From: Candidatus Baldrarchaeum yapensis
GTDB lineage: Archaea; Asgardarchaeota; Baldrarchaeia; Baldrarchaeales; Baldrarchaeaceae
Direction of reading: 5' to 3'
Assembly (NCBI GenBank): GCA_016840465.1
Contig: JAEOSH010000001.1
Location: forward strand, 32,179 to 64,178
Length of the DNA stretch: 32,000 nt
Part shown: positions 18,181 to 26,352 of the stretch, one piece after another
How the letters are laid out: each line of letters begins with the position of its first letter
Position numbering within the stretch: position 1 is the first letter of the stretch
Position numbers and translations under genes: made by a program
Notes under the pieces: model-generated
The model's input: the letters and a program-made list of their open reading frames with translations, nothing else
Databases searched by the model: none
Told to the model about the DNA's origin: nothing

Positions 18181-18717
18181 TCATCCCCCCTTGAGGGAGG
18201 ATATCATTTTTTCAAGAGCCTCTTTCCAATCTTTTTCGGAGAGGTTGGGGAAGGACCATGTTGCGTTTGGTTGGTACTCCTTATCGAGGGATATCGTGAT
18301 CAACTTGGGTGCGAAATGTTTCAATGCGGATAACATCTGACTCTGTAGGTAGTAGGTGATGCCGAAGAATATAGCATGCGTGTATCCGCCATTTCCGTCG
18401 AATCCTTTCCACTCGGGATCCTTAAGCATGTTTGTTATGTTAATAAGAGGCATTGTTGCAACGGGTTTCACGCCATGTTCGAGGAGTATCTTTCTTGAGT
18501 GCGCCGTTGCAACCACCGGAATTCCAAGCTTTGCAAGCTCAACTACGTACTTCACAAGAGGTTCTCCATCGACTTTCTCGGTGACTATTCTAGCTCCAAC
18601 TATTAGTATTGGTCTCTTCGCCTTTTTCAGTATTTTAGCTACTGCTTCTCCTGATTTTAGGATACTTGCTGTTTTTGGTCCCGGGATATTACTAATCTGC
18701 CAGGGTTTCGCACTCAT
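18181..18717 (-). CDS. cdhB: Acetyl-CoA decarbonylase/synthase complex subunit epsilon
   Basis: WQISNIPGPKTASILKSGEAVAKILKKAKRPILIVGARI...DGEPLVKYVVELAKLGIPVVATAHS; lies between cdhA and cdhC. Confidence 0.93.
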   Translation of the reverse strand: MSAKPWQISNIPGPKTASILKSGEAVAKILKKAKRPILIVGARIVTEKVDGEPLVKYVVELAKLGIPVVATAHSRKILLEHGVKPVATMPLINITNMLKDPEWKGFDGNGGYTHAIFFGITYYLQSQMLSALKHFAPKLITISLDKEYQPNATWSFPNLSEKDWKEALEKMISSLKGG

Positions 18718-21062
18718 TTCGCCTTCCTCCTTATGAGTCTTGGTAGTAATGTCGGGTCGGGTATCTTCATGGGTTTCCAGCCCTTCTCCTTAAGAAACTC
18801 GAGAACTTCATCCTTCATTGTAATGGGGATATCTGCCTCCGTTCTGACGAACAGGTGCAGATCTTCGGGCAAGCCACCGAAGAACTTCTTGTGTAAGTCT
18901 ATATAGTGGGCAAGCTTTATAGCCCTTCCTTTTGTCGTGTCATTTGGCCTTATACATAACTTCGCTGTCATCACCATTGCCTCCTCCTTGCTCTCGGCAG
19001 GGTAGATTAGGTGCTCAGGAGCCGGACCCGCATACACCTTTTCGCCCGTTCTTGCGTCATACACGTACCAGTCCTCCTCTCTGTCCGGTCTACCAAGATA
19101 CGCCCTACGATACTTGCTCCCATGAGGACCAACTATTGCTGGAATTCCTAGTCTGTTGAAACCTGTAGCGATAGAGGCTGCCTTCTGGCTCATCGCACCC
19201 CAGGCAACACCAACTGCCCCCACTCTGTTGAGTATGTAGTCAGCAATTTCCTCGTAGTTTCCTCTCAGGTTTCTTCGTGCGAATATGCTTGCAATCTTTA
19301 TTGCGGCTCCCGATATGTGCGCATTTGCAACACATGAACCAACGTTAACGAGACAACCTGCGTCGAAGTCTCCAGGATACACCTCGTATAATCCCTTGCC
19401 CTCCTCGGTCAAGTAGCGTGCGATGTCCATTGCCTCACATCCGCTTGCTACAACTATATATCTTCTCCTAAGGAATTCTTCCGCCATTTCTGCAACTTCT
19501 CTATAGCTTCCTGGATAGTTGGGGCAACCAATATAAGCGACTACTCCCGGAATTTCTCCTAACACTATAGGAGCACCAACATTTCTTATCTCAGTGTCCT
19601 TAATCGGACCACGACCCGCTCGTATCTTGTATCTCTCCTTTTCGATCTCTGCCTCAGCGGCCTTTGTCATCAGCGTGAATATCGGGATACCCCTCGGGCA
19701 TGCACTTTCACATCTTCCACATCCGACACAAACTTCTGCCAACTCCGCTAACTTGCTGAGGTCGCCATTCTTGGCTGCTTGAACTGCTTCGTTTACTGGA
19801 TAGTCATTGGGGCATGCCCTTCTACAAGATTTGCAGTTTGTACACTTCTTGGCGAGTTCTATTAATTCCTCCTTGCTAGGTAGCGTTTTGTATTGTTTTC
19901 TAAGTGGTGCTATCTTTATTGCTGTTTTCACTACGAGTTCTGCCGCCTTGCGTGGATCCTCTATGAACACTCCTGGGACTCTAAAGTTCACAAGATCGTC
20001 GACTATTTCATCAATGGGATCATGTGTCCGGTCTGGTAACCCTTCACACTTCTTCTCATTAGTTGCTACCACCGGTGCATGTATTCTTTGCGCTTCTCTC
20101 ACAATATCTGCTCGAATACACTGCTCATCCACTATAATGACATCTGGGATTCCTGTTCTTATATATCTTAATTGTCTGCTGAGAGGACCTATTATTTTGG
20201 CACCGGAATAGTATCGTGTCATGTCATGCGCAGTGCAGCAAACTCCACATACCTCTACCTTATCATAGAGGTTGTGTTCCCTGAGATAATCGACGATCTC
20301 TACAGCAGGTGCAACATTATGGCCGATACACAAGATGACCGGCTTATTCCTATCTACAGTACCGAAACCTATTTCTACAAGTGGGGCGTCTGGGTCTCCC
20401 TTCGGGAAATTAAGCGCAACTATTTGGATTATGTCTGCGATCTCCATGGCTAAATGATCAAGCATACCAACATGGAGGGCCTTGCTTTCAAAGTCCAAGT
20501 AATTTCCTTCCTGACCAGTGTGTGTTGCACTTAATAGTTGTACCAATTGTTCCTCTACATACTTTAGTGCAACATCGAAATCGCCTATTGTTTTCGGTCT
20601 AAAACCACAAATTAGTCTTGTATGGGGAGCTTCTACTGCAATATCTCCTCCGAGGTCAACTGGGACATTTCTACCAAACTTCTCCACCAAATAGTGCCAT
20701 AAGTGTCGAGCATGACCTGCGTGGGCGGCGAGACCGATTAGGCACGCCAGTAGCACAATTCTACCCTGTTGAGTTCCTATATCGAGGCCACAAGCACCAC
20801 GTTTTCCTGCGGTGAGATCACATTTGCCATATGTACATAAGCAACATAAATCACAGAAGGGTGCATAGAAGGGCTTATATCTCTTTAATAATGTCATATC
20901 CCACGATCTGAGATCCGTGACTTTGGGGAAGGGTGTCGGCCCCATTGGTTCCCATTCTTCCTCTTCTTCTATCACCGCGCCAATTGCGACCTCAAGGCCC
21001 TTTATCACGCCAATAGTCGTCTGCACTTCGGTTGCTTTAAGACGCAAGGATTCTCCGCTCAA
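18714..21062 (-). CDS. cdhA: Acetyl-CoA decarbonylase/synthase complex subunit alpha (Ni-Fe CO dehydrogenase)
   Basis: FCDLCCLCTYGKCDLTAGKRGACGLD...CGVCCTAHDMTRYY...CTNCKSCRRACP, CVGCGRCESACPRGIP...LVNVGSCVANAHI...VGPHGSKYRRAYLG; TTG start preceded by GGTGG. Confidence 0.98.
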   Translation of the reverse strand: MSGESLRLKATEVQTTIGVIKGLEVAIGAVIEEEEEWEPMGPTPFPKVTDLRSWDMTLLKRYKPFYAPFCDLCCLCTYGKCDLTAGKRGACGLDIGTQQGRIVLLACLIGLAAHAGHARHLWHYLVEKFGRNVPVDLGGDIAVEAPHTRLICGFRPKTIGDFDVALKYVEEQLVQLLSATHTGQEGNYLDFESKALHVGMLDHLAMEIADIIQIVALNFPKGDPDAPLVEIGFGTVDRNKPVILCIGHNVAPAVEIVDYLREHNLYDKVEVCGVCCTAHDMTRYYSGAKIIGPLSRQLRYIRTGIPDVIIVDEQCIRADIVREAQRIHAPVVATNEKKCEGLPDRTHDPIDEIVDDLVNFRVPGVFIEDPRKAAELVVKTAIKIAPLRKQYKTLPSKEELIELAKKCTNCKSCRRACPNDYPVNEAVQAAKNGDLSKLAELAEVCVGCGRCESACPRGIPIFTLMTKAAEAEIEKERYKIRAGRGPIKDTEIRNVGAPIVLGEIPGVVAYIGCPNYPGSYREVAEMAEEFLRRRYIVVASGCEAMDIARYLTEEGKGLYEVYPGDFDAGCLVNVGSCVANAHISGAAIKIASIFARRNLRGNYEEIADYILNRVGAVGVAWGAMSQKAASIATGFNRLGIPAIVGPHGSKYRRAYLGRPDREEDWYVYDARTGEKVYAGPAPEHLIYPAESKEEAMVMTAKLCIRPNDTTKGRAIKLAHYIDLHKKFFGGLPEDLHLFVRTEADIPITMKDEVLEFLKEKGWKPMKIPDPTLLPRLIRRKAK

Positions 21063-21544
21063 TGCTCCGCCACCTTAAGTTCATTTCGGTTCTCTATCTA
21101 AGAGATTCAGAAAATTTAAAATCTTTATGCCGAGATTGCGAATTGAGGGTGTTACCTTTTTCGAGAAAATTATTACCATATGTGAGGACCTTTCATATGA
21201 GTATTTTTATCGCCTCATAACAACGTGCTTCTCTTCGTTTTTTACGCTCTATATCTCTTTATTAAGCTCGTACTTATCGCTATAAGTAAAGATTGCAATG
21301 CTTTTGAGAAACTGTACCATATTTGCTCGTAAATATGCAAAAATCTTTATAAACAACGTCTAAATCGAAATATTCGCTATTATAACTTGCAATATGTTAA
21401 TCTCCTAGTTTGAATATTCACTGTACTAATTTTCAGATAGCTTTTCTGGAAATCTTCTTCGTCCGATTGTGATGATGCCAGATGTCAAGGAAAAAGATTA
21501 GATTGCTGCGAAAAGACAGTGTACTAAAATATTTTCGCAAATTA

Positions 21545-22441
21545 TCATTTGAAGAGTTCATGGAGGTGTATTTTATATTGTCCCAGTTTTCCTCCGTAGT
21601 TTCCTGCTGATATCATCTTCACTCCAGGAACTTTTGCTGCCTCTCTTATTCCCACGGCCATTGCTTCCTTAACGCTCTCTAAGGTTAGGCCATTTATCAC
21701 GATCTCGTAGACGCAGTTTACGCCCTCCGGTATCTTGCTGTCAGTAACTTTTTCTCTTAAAGTTGGACAATATTGGTGATTTGTCGATGCATGCATGAAT
21801 TTATATTTCAAGCTTCCAACTTTGCTTCCGCTTCTGCATATACCACCAGGGAATGGTGTTATAACGCCTTCTACTTTGCTAATTACATCAACAGCTCTTT
21901 TTGCTGCTTCAAGGCCTGCCTTGAGGTTTTCAGATAATATTAAGAAGTTTCCTCCGGCAACTCCTTTCTTTCCTCCGAAAGTCTCCTCTATTATGAACTC
22001 TCCTTCCATTACCGGAATCTTCCAGACAGTTCGCCCGCCTATTTCTCCTTTTTCCTCAAATCCATCTCCAAAATATCTGATTTGCCTCCCGGTTGGGAAT
22101 GTTATTTCTGGATCTTCAAGAGCATTGAATGCAGCTGTTGTGGGGGCAGTTAATACGCATTGCGATATTCTAGCTAATAATTGCTCACCAAGGCTTTTCT
22201 TTTTTGACGTGCAAATAATTATAGTTACACCCGGTCTGCCATCGGGGGTTTTTTCCGATGGAACCTCTACGTCTATGCCACACTCGCTTGGGCACATGAT
22301 TACGGAAGTGCCAAAGCCGACCGCGCTTCTTGCAGCAGTATATGCCCACTCTAGAGATTCGGCTGTTATTAGAACCCTAGCCATCCACATTTGAAACGCT
22401 TCGGCGAATGTATCTTCAATTTCGACACCATTTATTTTCAT
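21545..22441 (-). CDS. ftr: Formylmethanofuran:tetrahydromethanopterin N-formyltransferase
   Basis: MKINGVEIEDTFAEAFQMWMARVLITA...GFGTSVIMCPSECGID...TPDGRPGVTIIICT...PFPGGICRSGSKVGS; RBS ggtgg upstream of ATG. Confidence 0.97.
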   Translation of the reverse strand: MKINGVEIEDTFAEAFQMWMARVLITAESLEWAYTAARSAVGFGTSVIMCPSECGIDVEVPSEKTPDGRPGVTIIICTSKKKSLGEQLLARISQCVLTAPTTAAFNALEDPEITFPTGRQIRYFGDGFEEKGEIGGRTVWKIPVMEGEFIIEETFGGKKGVAGGNFLILSENLKAGLEAAKRAVDVISKVEGVITPFPGGICRSGSKVGSLKYKFMHASTNHQYCPTLREKVTDSKIPEGVNCVYEIVINGLTLESVKEAMAVGIREAAKVPGVKMISAGNYGGKLGQYKIHLHELFK

Positions 22442-22536
22442 TTTTGAACCACCCCACTCTGCTACCCGATCTCACGTGTGGGATAACTATTTATTCATTT
22501 CAAGATTCCGTTTCATAAAGCGTTTCGTGGAGATGG

Positions 22537-23388
22537 GTGAGTGCCATGAAAGAAGTCGTTAGAGTGGGCGTCGTTAAATGCGGAAATCTCGGAACTTCAA
22601 CCATGGTTGAACTCCTTTTAGATGAGAGAGCAGATAGGGAGGACATCGACGTTCGTGTGGTTACGAGTGGTACCAAACTCGCACCCGATGCGGCAGAAGA
22701 TGCCGCAAAGGCCATCTTGCAATTCAATCCGGACCTTGTTATAATAATATCACCGAATGCCGCACTTCCTGGACCCTCACGTGCAAGGGAGGTAATAGCA
22801 GGCGCCAACATCCCAACGATAGTCATAAGCGATGGCCCTGGAAAGAAGGCAGTGAAGGATATCGAGGCAAAGGGCATGGGGTATATAATAATTCCTGCTG
22901 ATGCAATGCTCGGCGCGCGTAGGGAGTTCTTAGACCCGATTGAAATGGCAATATTCAATGCAGACATAATAAAGGTACTGGCGGTCACTGGGGTGTTCAA
23001 CATAGTCTACCAAGAAATCGATAAGGTTATAGAGAGCATAAAGAAGGGAGAAAAGCCGGAACTCCCGAAGATAATAATCGATAAAGAACTTGCGACAAAC
23101 GCTGCCGGCTTTGAGAATCCTTATGCACGTGTTAAGGCCATGGCCGCGTATGAGATGGCAAGATTTGTAGCAGATTTGACAGTGGAGGGATGTTTTGTCG
23201 TAAAGGAGAGAGAGCGCTACATACCGATAGTTGCAGCCGCACATGAACTCATGAGATATGCCGCATTTCTTGCCGATGAAGCCAGAGAAATAGAGAAGTA
23301 CGGCGATCATGTACTTAGGATGCCACATCATAAGACAGGACAGATCCTCATAAAGAGAAAACTCCTTGAGAAACCTGCAAAACAATAA
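22537..23388 (+). CDS. mtd: F420-dependent methylenetetrahydromethanopterin dehydrogenase
   Basis: VRVGVVKCGNLGTSTMVELLLDERADREDIDVRVVTSGTKL...IIISPNAALPGPSRAREVI...VISDGPGKKAVKDI; start GTG 22537 or ATG 22546. Confidence 0.97.
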   Translation: MSAMKEVVRVGVVKCGNLGTSTMVELLLDERADREDIDVRVVTSGTKLAPDAAEDAAKAILQFNPDLVIIISPNAALPGPSRAREVIAGANIPTIVISDGPGKKAVKDIEAKGMGYIIIPADAMLGARREFLDPIEMAIFNADIIKVLAVTGVFNIVYQEIDKVIESIKKGEKPELPKIIIDKELATNAAGFENPYARVKAMAAYEMARFVADLTVEGCFVVKERERYIPIVAAAHELMRYAAFLADEAREIEKYGDHVLRMPHHKTGQILIKRKLLEKPAKQ

Positions 23389-23432
23389 AAAATGCAAAAA
23401 TTACCTTATCTTTTTTGACTTATACGAGATTG

Positions 23433-24131
23433 TTAGGAGGTTATCGGTTTCAATAACTTCTCTACAATTTCGTTCCAGAACTCCGTATGCTCCCCTTCCC
23501 ATAGCACTTTTGTCCGCTTTAATTCTATTGCTCCCTCAGCAGGGCACGCGAAGACACATGTACCGCAAAATATGCACTTATCCTTGTCCACATTCACCTT
23601 TGGAACCTTTTCCCAACCTTTTGATGGTTTAGGTATAGTAATTGCTTCTGTCGGACAAACATCGGCACATGTGGAGCATCCTCCGGGACATTTATCGATG
23701 TTTATCTTTATCTCACCCTCAAAGTATTTTTTCGCTTTAATTCCATATTTGGGGCACTCTACTTCTTCATACTTAAGTTCCGGTACTGCTTTCTGCTCTT
23801 TTAGTATTAATTTGTGCTCTCCGTTTATTTTGAGTTCTAGAGCACCAAATGGGCATAAAATGTCACATAGGCCGCATAGAGAACATTTTTGTTCGTTTAT
23901 TATCACGGGCGGCAATTTTGTTAAACCTCTCTTAGATGCGCCCACTGGCCCGCGCTCGATTGCCTCCTTGGGACAAGCGGTTGCACATATCCCACAACCG
24001 ACACATAGATTCTTATTTAGGGTCAATGTGACCCTAACGTTGAGAAGGCGAAGTTCTACGGTCATCCTGTCCTCTTCTATTTTGCGAGCAAGCATGGGGA
24101 TCGTCATTTTGGCTTTCCTCCGCGTTAGCAT
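23433..24131 (-). CDS. Polyferredoxin, four 4Fe-4S motifs (FwdF-like)
   Basis: CVGCGICATACPKEAIERGP, CSLCGLCDILCP, CPGGCSTCADVCP, CIFCGTCVFACP; located beside ftr/mtd/fwdDB. Confidence 0.85.
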   Translation of the reverse strand: MLTRRKAKMTIPMLARKIEEDRMTVELRLLNVRVTLTLNKNLCVGCGICATACPKEAIERGPVGASKRGLTKLPPVIINEQKCSLCGLCDILCPFGALELKINGEHKLILKEQKAVPELKYEEVECPKYGIKAKKYFEGEIKINIDKCPGGCSTCADVCPTEAITIPKPSKGWEKVPKVNVDKDKCIFCGTCVFACPAEGAIELKRTKVLWEGEHTEFWNEIVEKLLKPITS

Positions 24132-24332
24132 TTAACTATTCGTGTGGCATAGAAGGTGAGCGGTGTCGAGATAGTCTAAAGTTTCATATATTTTAGGATA
24201 TTGCCCGGAGAGACGAGTCCACTGCCACCTTTTGGGTGCCGTGTTTACATATTTATTGCTCTTGCCCGCAGTGATGCCATAGCTAAATTATTAATATGAG
24301 GACTTTAAGTACCATAACGCGTGGTGCCGGAA

Positions 24333-24602
24333 ATGGCGGTGAAAATAGAGATCGATCATCGGAAATGTATGGGTTGTGGAAATTGTGTTGCAGTTTGCCC
24401 GGCCAATAGAAAAGCGGATCCTGCAGTTGCGTTGAGTGGTGCCGTATTTTCCGATAATGTCGTCTTAAGAGTTATAAACGGGGTTGCTTGTGTTATTAAT
24501 GAAAGTTTATGTTTGGCGCGTGTCTATGATTGTTCCGCATGTATGGATGTATGTCCCTCAGGCGCTCTTAAATTAACAAAATACCCGCGAAGTAAAAAAT
24601 AA
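24333..24602 (+). CDS. 4Fe-4S ferredoxin-like subunit of formylmethanofuran dehydrogenase cluster (FwdG/FwdH-like)
   Basis: KIEIDHRKCMGCGNCVAVCP...CLARVYDCSACMDVCPSGALKL; ORF 24321..24602, ATG at 24333 preferred; directly upstream of fwdD. Confidence 0.8.
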   Translation: MAVKIEIDHRKCMGCGNCVAVCPANRKADPAVALSGAVFSDNVVLRVINGVACVINESLCLARVYDCSACMDVCPSGALKLTKYPRSKK

Positions 24603-24619
24603 GTCAGGGGAGACGTGCA

Positions 24620-25045
24620 ATGGCGAAGCGGGAGCTGAAGGTGATAATAATAACCGGTAGGTCAATAGAGCAAGGAATAGCGATAGAGGGCGGAAAGATG
24701 GAAATGGAATATCCTAGGGCATGTGGAGTTTGTTACATGGATCCTTCTGACATGGAAAAACTGGATCTGATAGCAGGCGATCCTGTGCTTGTTAGAACAA
24801 AATTCGGCGAGGTTGTTTTGACGGCTGTCAGATCGGAATATGCACCCCATGAGGGGATAGTGTTCATTCCCATGGGGCCATGGGCCAACAAAATCATAGA
24901 CCCCAATACTAGTAGTATTGGAATGCCATCCTTTAAGGGTGTAGAGGGTGTCGTCCAGAAGTTGGAAGATTTGGGAAAAAGGCCGCCGACAGCCACCGAA
25001 ATAGTTGAGGAGGTTAAGAAGACGGAGGGGTCCAAATATGCCTGA
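24620..25045 (+). CDS. fwdD: Formylmethanofuran dehydrogenase subunit D
   Basis: Molybdopterin-dinucleotide-binding-like: YMDPSDMEKLDLIAGDPVLVRTKFGEVVLTAV...HEGIVFIPMGPWANKIIDPNTSSIGMPSFKGVEGVV. Confidence 0.92.
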   Translation: MAKRELKVIIITGRSIEQGIAIEGGKMEMEYPRACGVCYMDPSDMEKLDLIAGDPVLVRTKFGEVVLTAVRSEYAPHEGIVFIPMGPWANKIIDPNTSSIGMPSFKGVEGVVQKLEDLGKRPPTATEIVEEVKKTEGSKYA

Positions 25046-26351
25046 GGTTGTTACGGATGTTGTTTGTCCCTTCTGTGGATGTTTATGTGATGATTTAGAA
25101 GTTGTCGTTGAAAATGGAAAGATAGTGGAAGTGAGAAACGCCTGCTCACTTGGAACCGCAAAGTTTCTTTCTGCACAGAAGGAGGACAGAATAAGAAAAC
25201 CTTACATAAGAAAAAACGGAAAATTCGTAGAAGTTTCCTTAGAAGAGGCCATTAATAAAGCGGCAGAGATTCTGGTAAATGCCAATAGACCACTACTTTA
25301 CGGATGGAGCTCCACCGAGTGTGAGGCGCACAGAGTTGGTATTATGCTGGCTGAGGAGTTAGGTGCCGTTATCGATAACACCGCGAGTGTATGCCACGGG
25401 CCATCGATAATAGCCGTACAAGAAATCGGTCTCAGCGGATGCACGCTGGGACAAGTGAAGAATCGTGCTGATCTGATAATTTATTGGGGCTCCAACCCAT
25501 CAAGTGCACATCCTAGGCATCTTAGCAGATATACAATGTTTTGCCGTGGTTTCTTTAGAGATAAAGGGGCAAAGGAACGAACTCTGATAGTAGTTGATGT
25601 CAGAAGAACAGATACTGCAAAGCTTGCCGATTACTTCGTGCAGGTCAAGCCCGGGGGAGATTATGAATTAATACAGGCGCTAAGATATGCTATTAAGACG
25701 GGAGATCTGGATAAAAATGAAGTTTCTGGCGTTCCCAGAGACCTCATATTGAAAATTGCCGAGTTAATGAAAAGTTGTCACTTTGGTGCACTATTCTTCG
25801 GCTTAGGTCTTACAATGAGTAAGGGCAAACATAGAAACATAGATGCGGCTCTAAGTCTTGTTAGGGATCTGAACAGGTACACGAAATTCGTTCTGATGCC
25901 CATGCGCGGTCATTACAATGTAACGGGCTTTAACACCGTGTCAACATGGATGACCGGCTACCCATTCTCGGTAGATTTCAGCCGTGGGTATCCACGATAT
26001 AATCCTGGAGAATATTCGGCTGTTGACGTACTTTTAAGAGAGGAATGTGATGCCGCACTCATCGTTGCGTCAGATCCTGTGTCTCACTTCCCCAGAAAGG
26101 CCACAGAGCATCTTGCAAGAATTCCTCTCATCGTTATAGATCCGCATTGGACACCTACCGCTATGCTCGCCGACGTAATACTACCGCCTGCGATTGCTGG
26201 CATAGAGGTTGATGGGACCGCTTATAGGATGGACCACGTACCATTGATGTTAAAGAAGGTCATAGATCCACCAGAAGGATGTCTGCCAGACAGAGAACTT
26301 GTTAAAATGATTTTAGATAGGGTTAGGGAATTAAAAGCGAGGAGTTCTTGA
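25038..26351 (+). CDS. fwdB: Formylmethanofuran dehydrogenase subunit B
   Basis: MPEVVTDVVCPFCGCLCDDLEVVVENGKIVEVRNAC...YGWSSTECEAHRVGIMLAEELGAVIDNTASVCHGPS...MRGHYNVTGFN; ATG 25038 overlaps the fwdD stop by 8 nt. Confidence 0.95.
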   Translation: MPEVVTDVVCPFCGCLCDDLEVVVENGKIVEVRNACSLGTAKFLSAQKEDRIRKPYIRKNGKFVEVSLEEAINKAAEILVNANRPLLYGWSSTECEAHRVGIMLAEELGAVIDNTASVCHGPSIIAVQEIGLSGCTLGQVKNRADLIIYWGSNPSSAHPRHLSRYTMFCRGFFRDKGAKERTLIVVDVRRTDTAKLADYFVQVKPGGDYELIQALRYAIKTGDLDKNEVSGVPRDLILKIAELMKSCHFGALFFGLGLTMSKGKHRNIDAALSLVRDLNRYTKFVLMPMRGHYNVTGFNTVSTWMTGYPFSVDFSRGYPRYNPGEYSAVDVLLREECDAALIVASDPVSHFPRKATEHLARIPLIVIDPHWTPTAMLADVILPPAIAGIEVDGTAYRMDHVPLMLKKVIDPPEGCLPDRELVKMILDRVRELKARSS

Positions 26352-26352
26352 A

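Noticed and set aside
21795-22394. Long antisense ORF of 199 aa over ftr (also 22500..23003 - over mtd and 16490..16984 + over cdhD/cdhC)
   Set aside because: Mirror ORFs opposite highly conserved genes; Ser/Pro-rich antisense composition and no family match.
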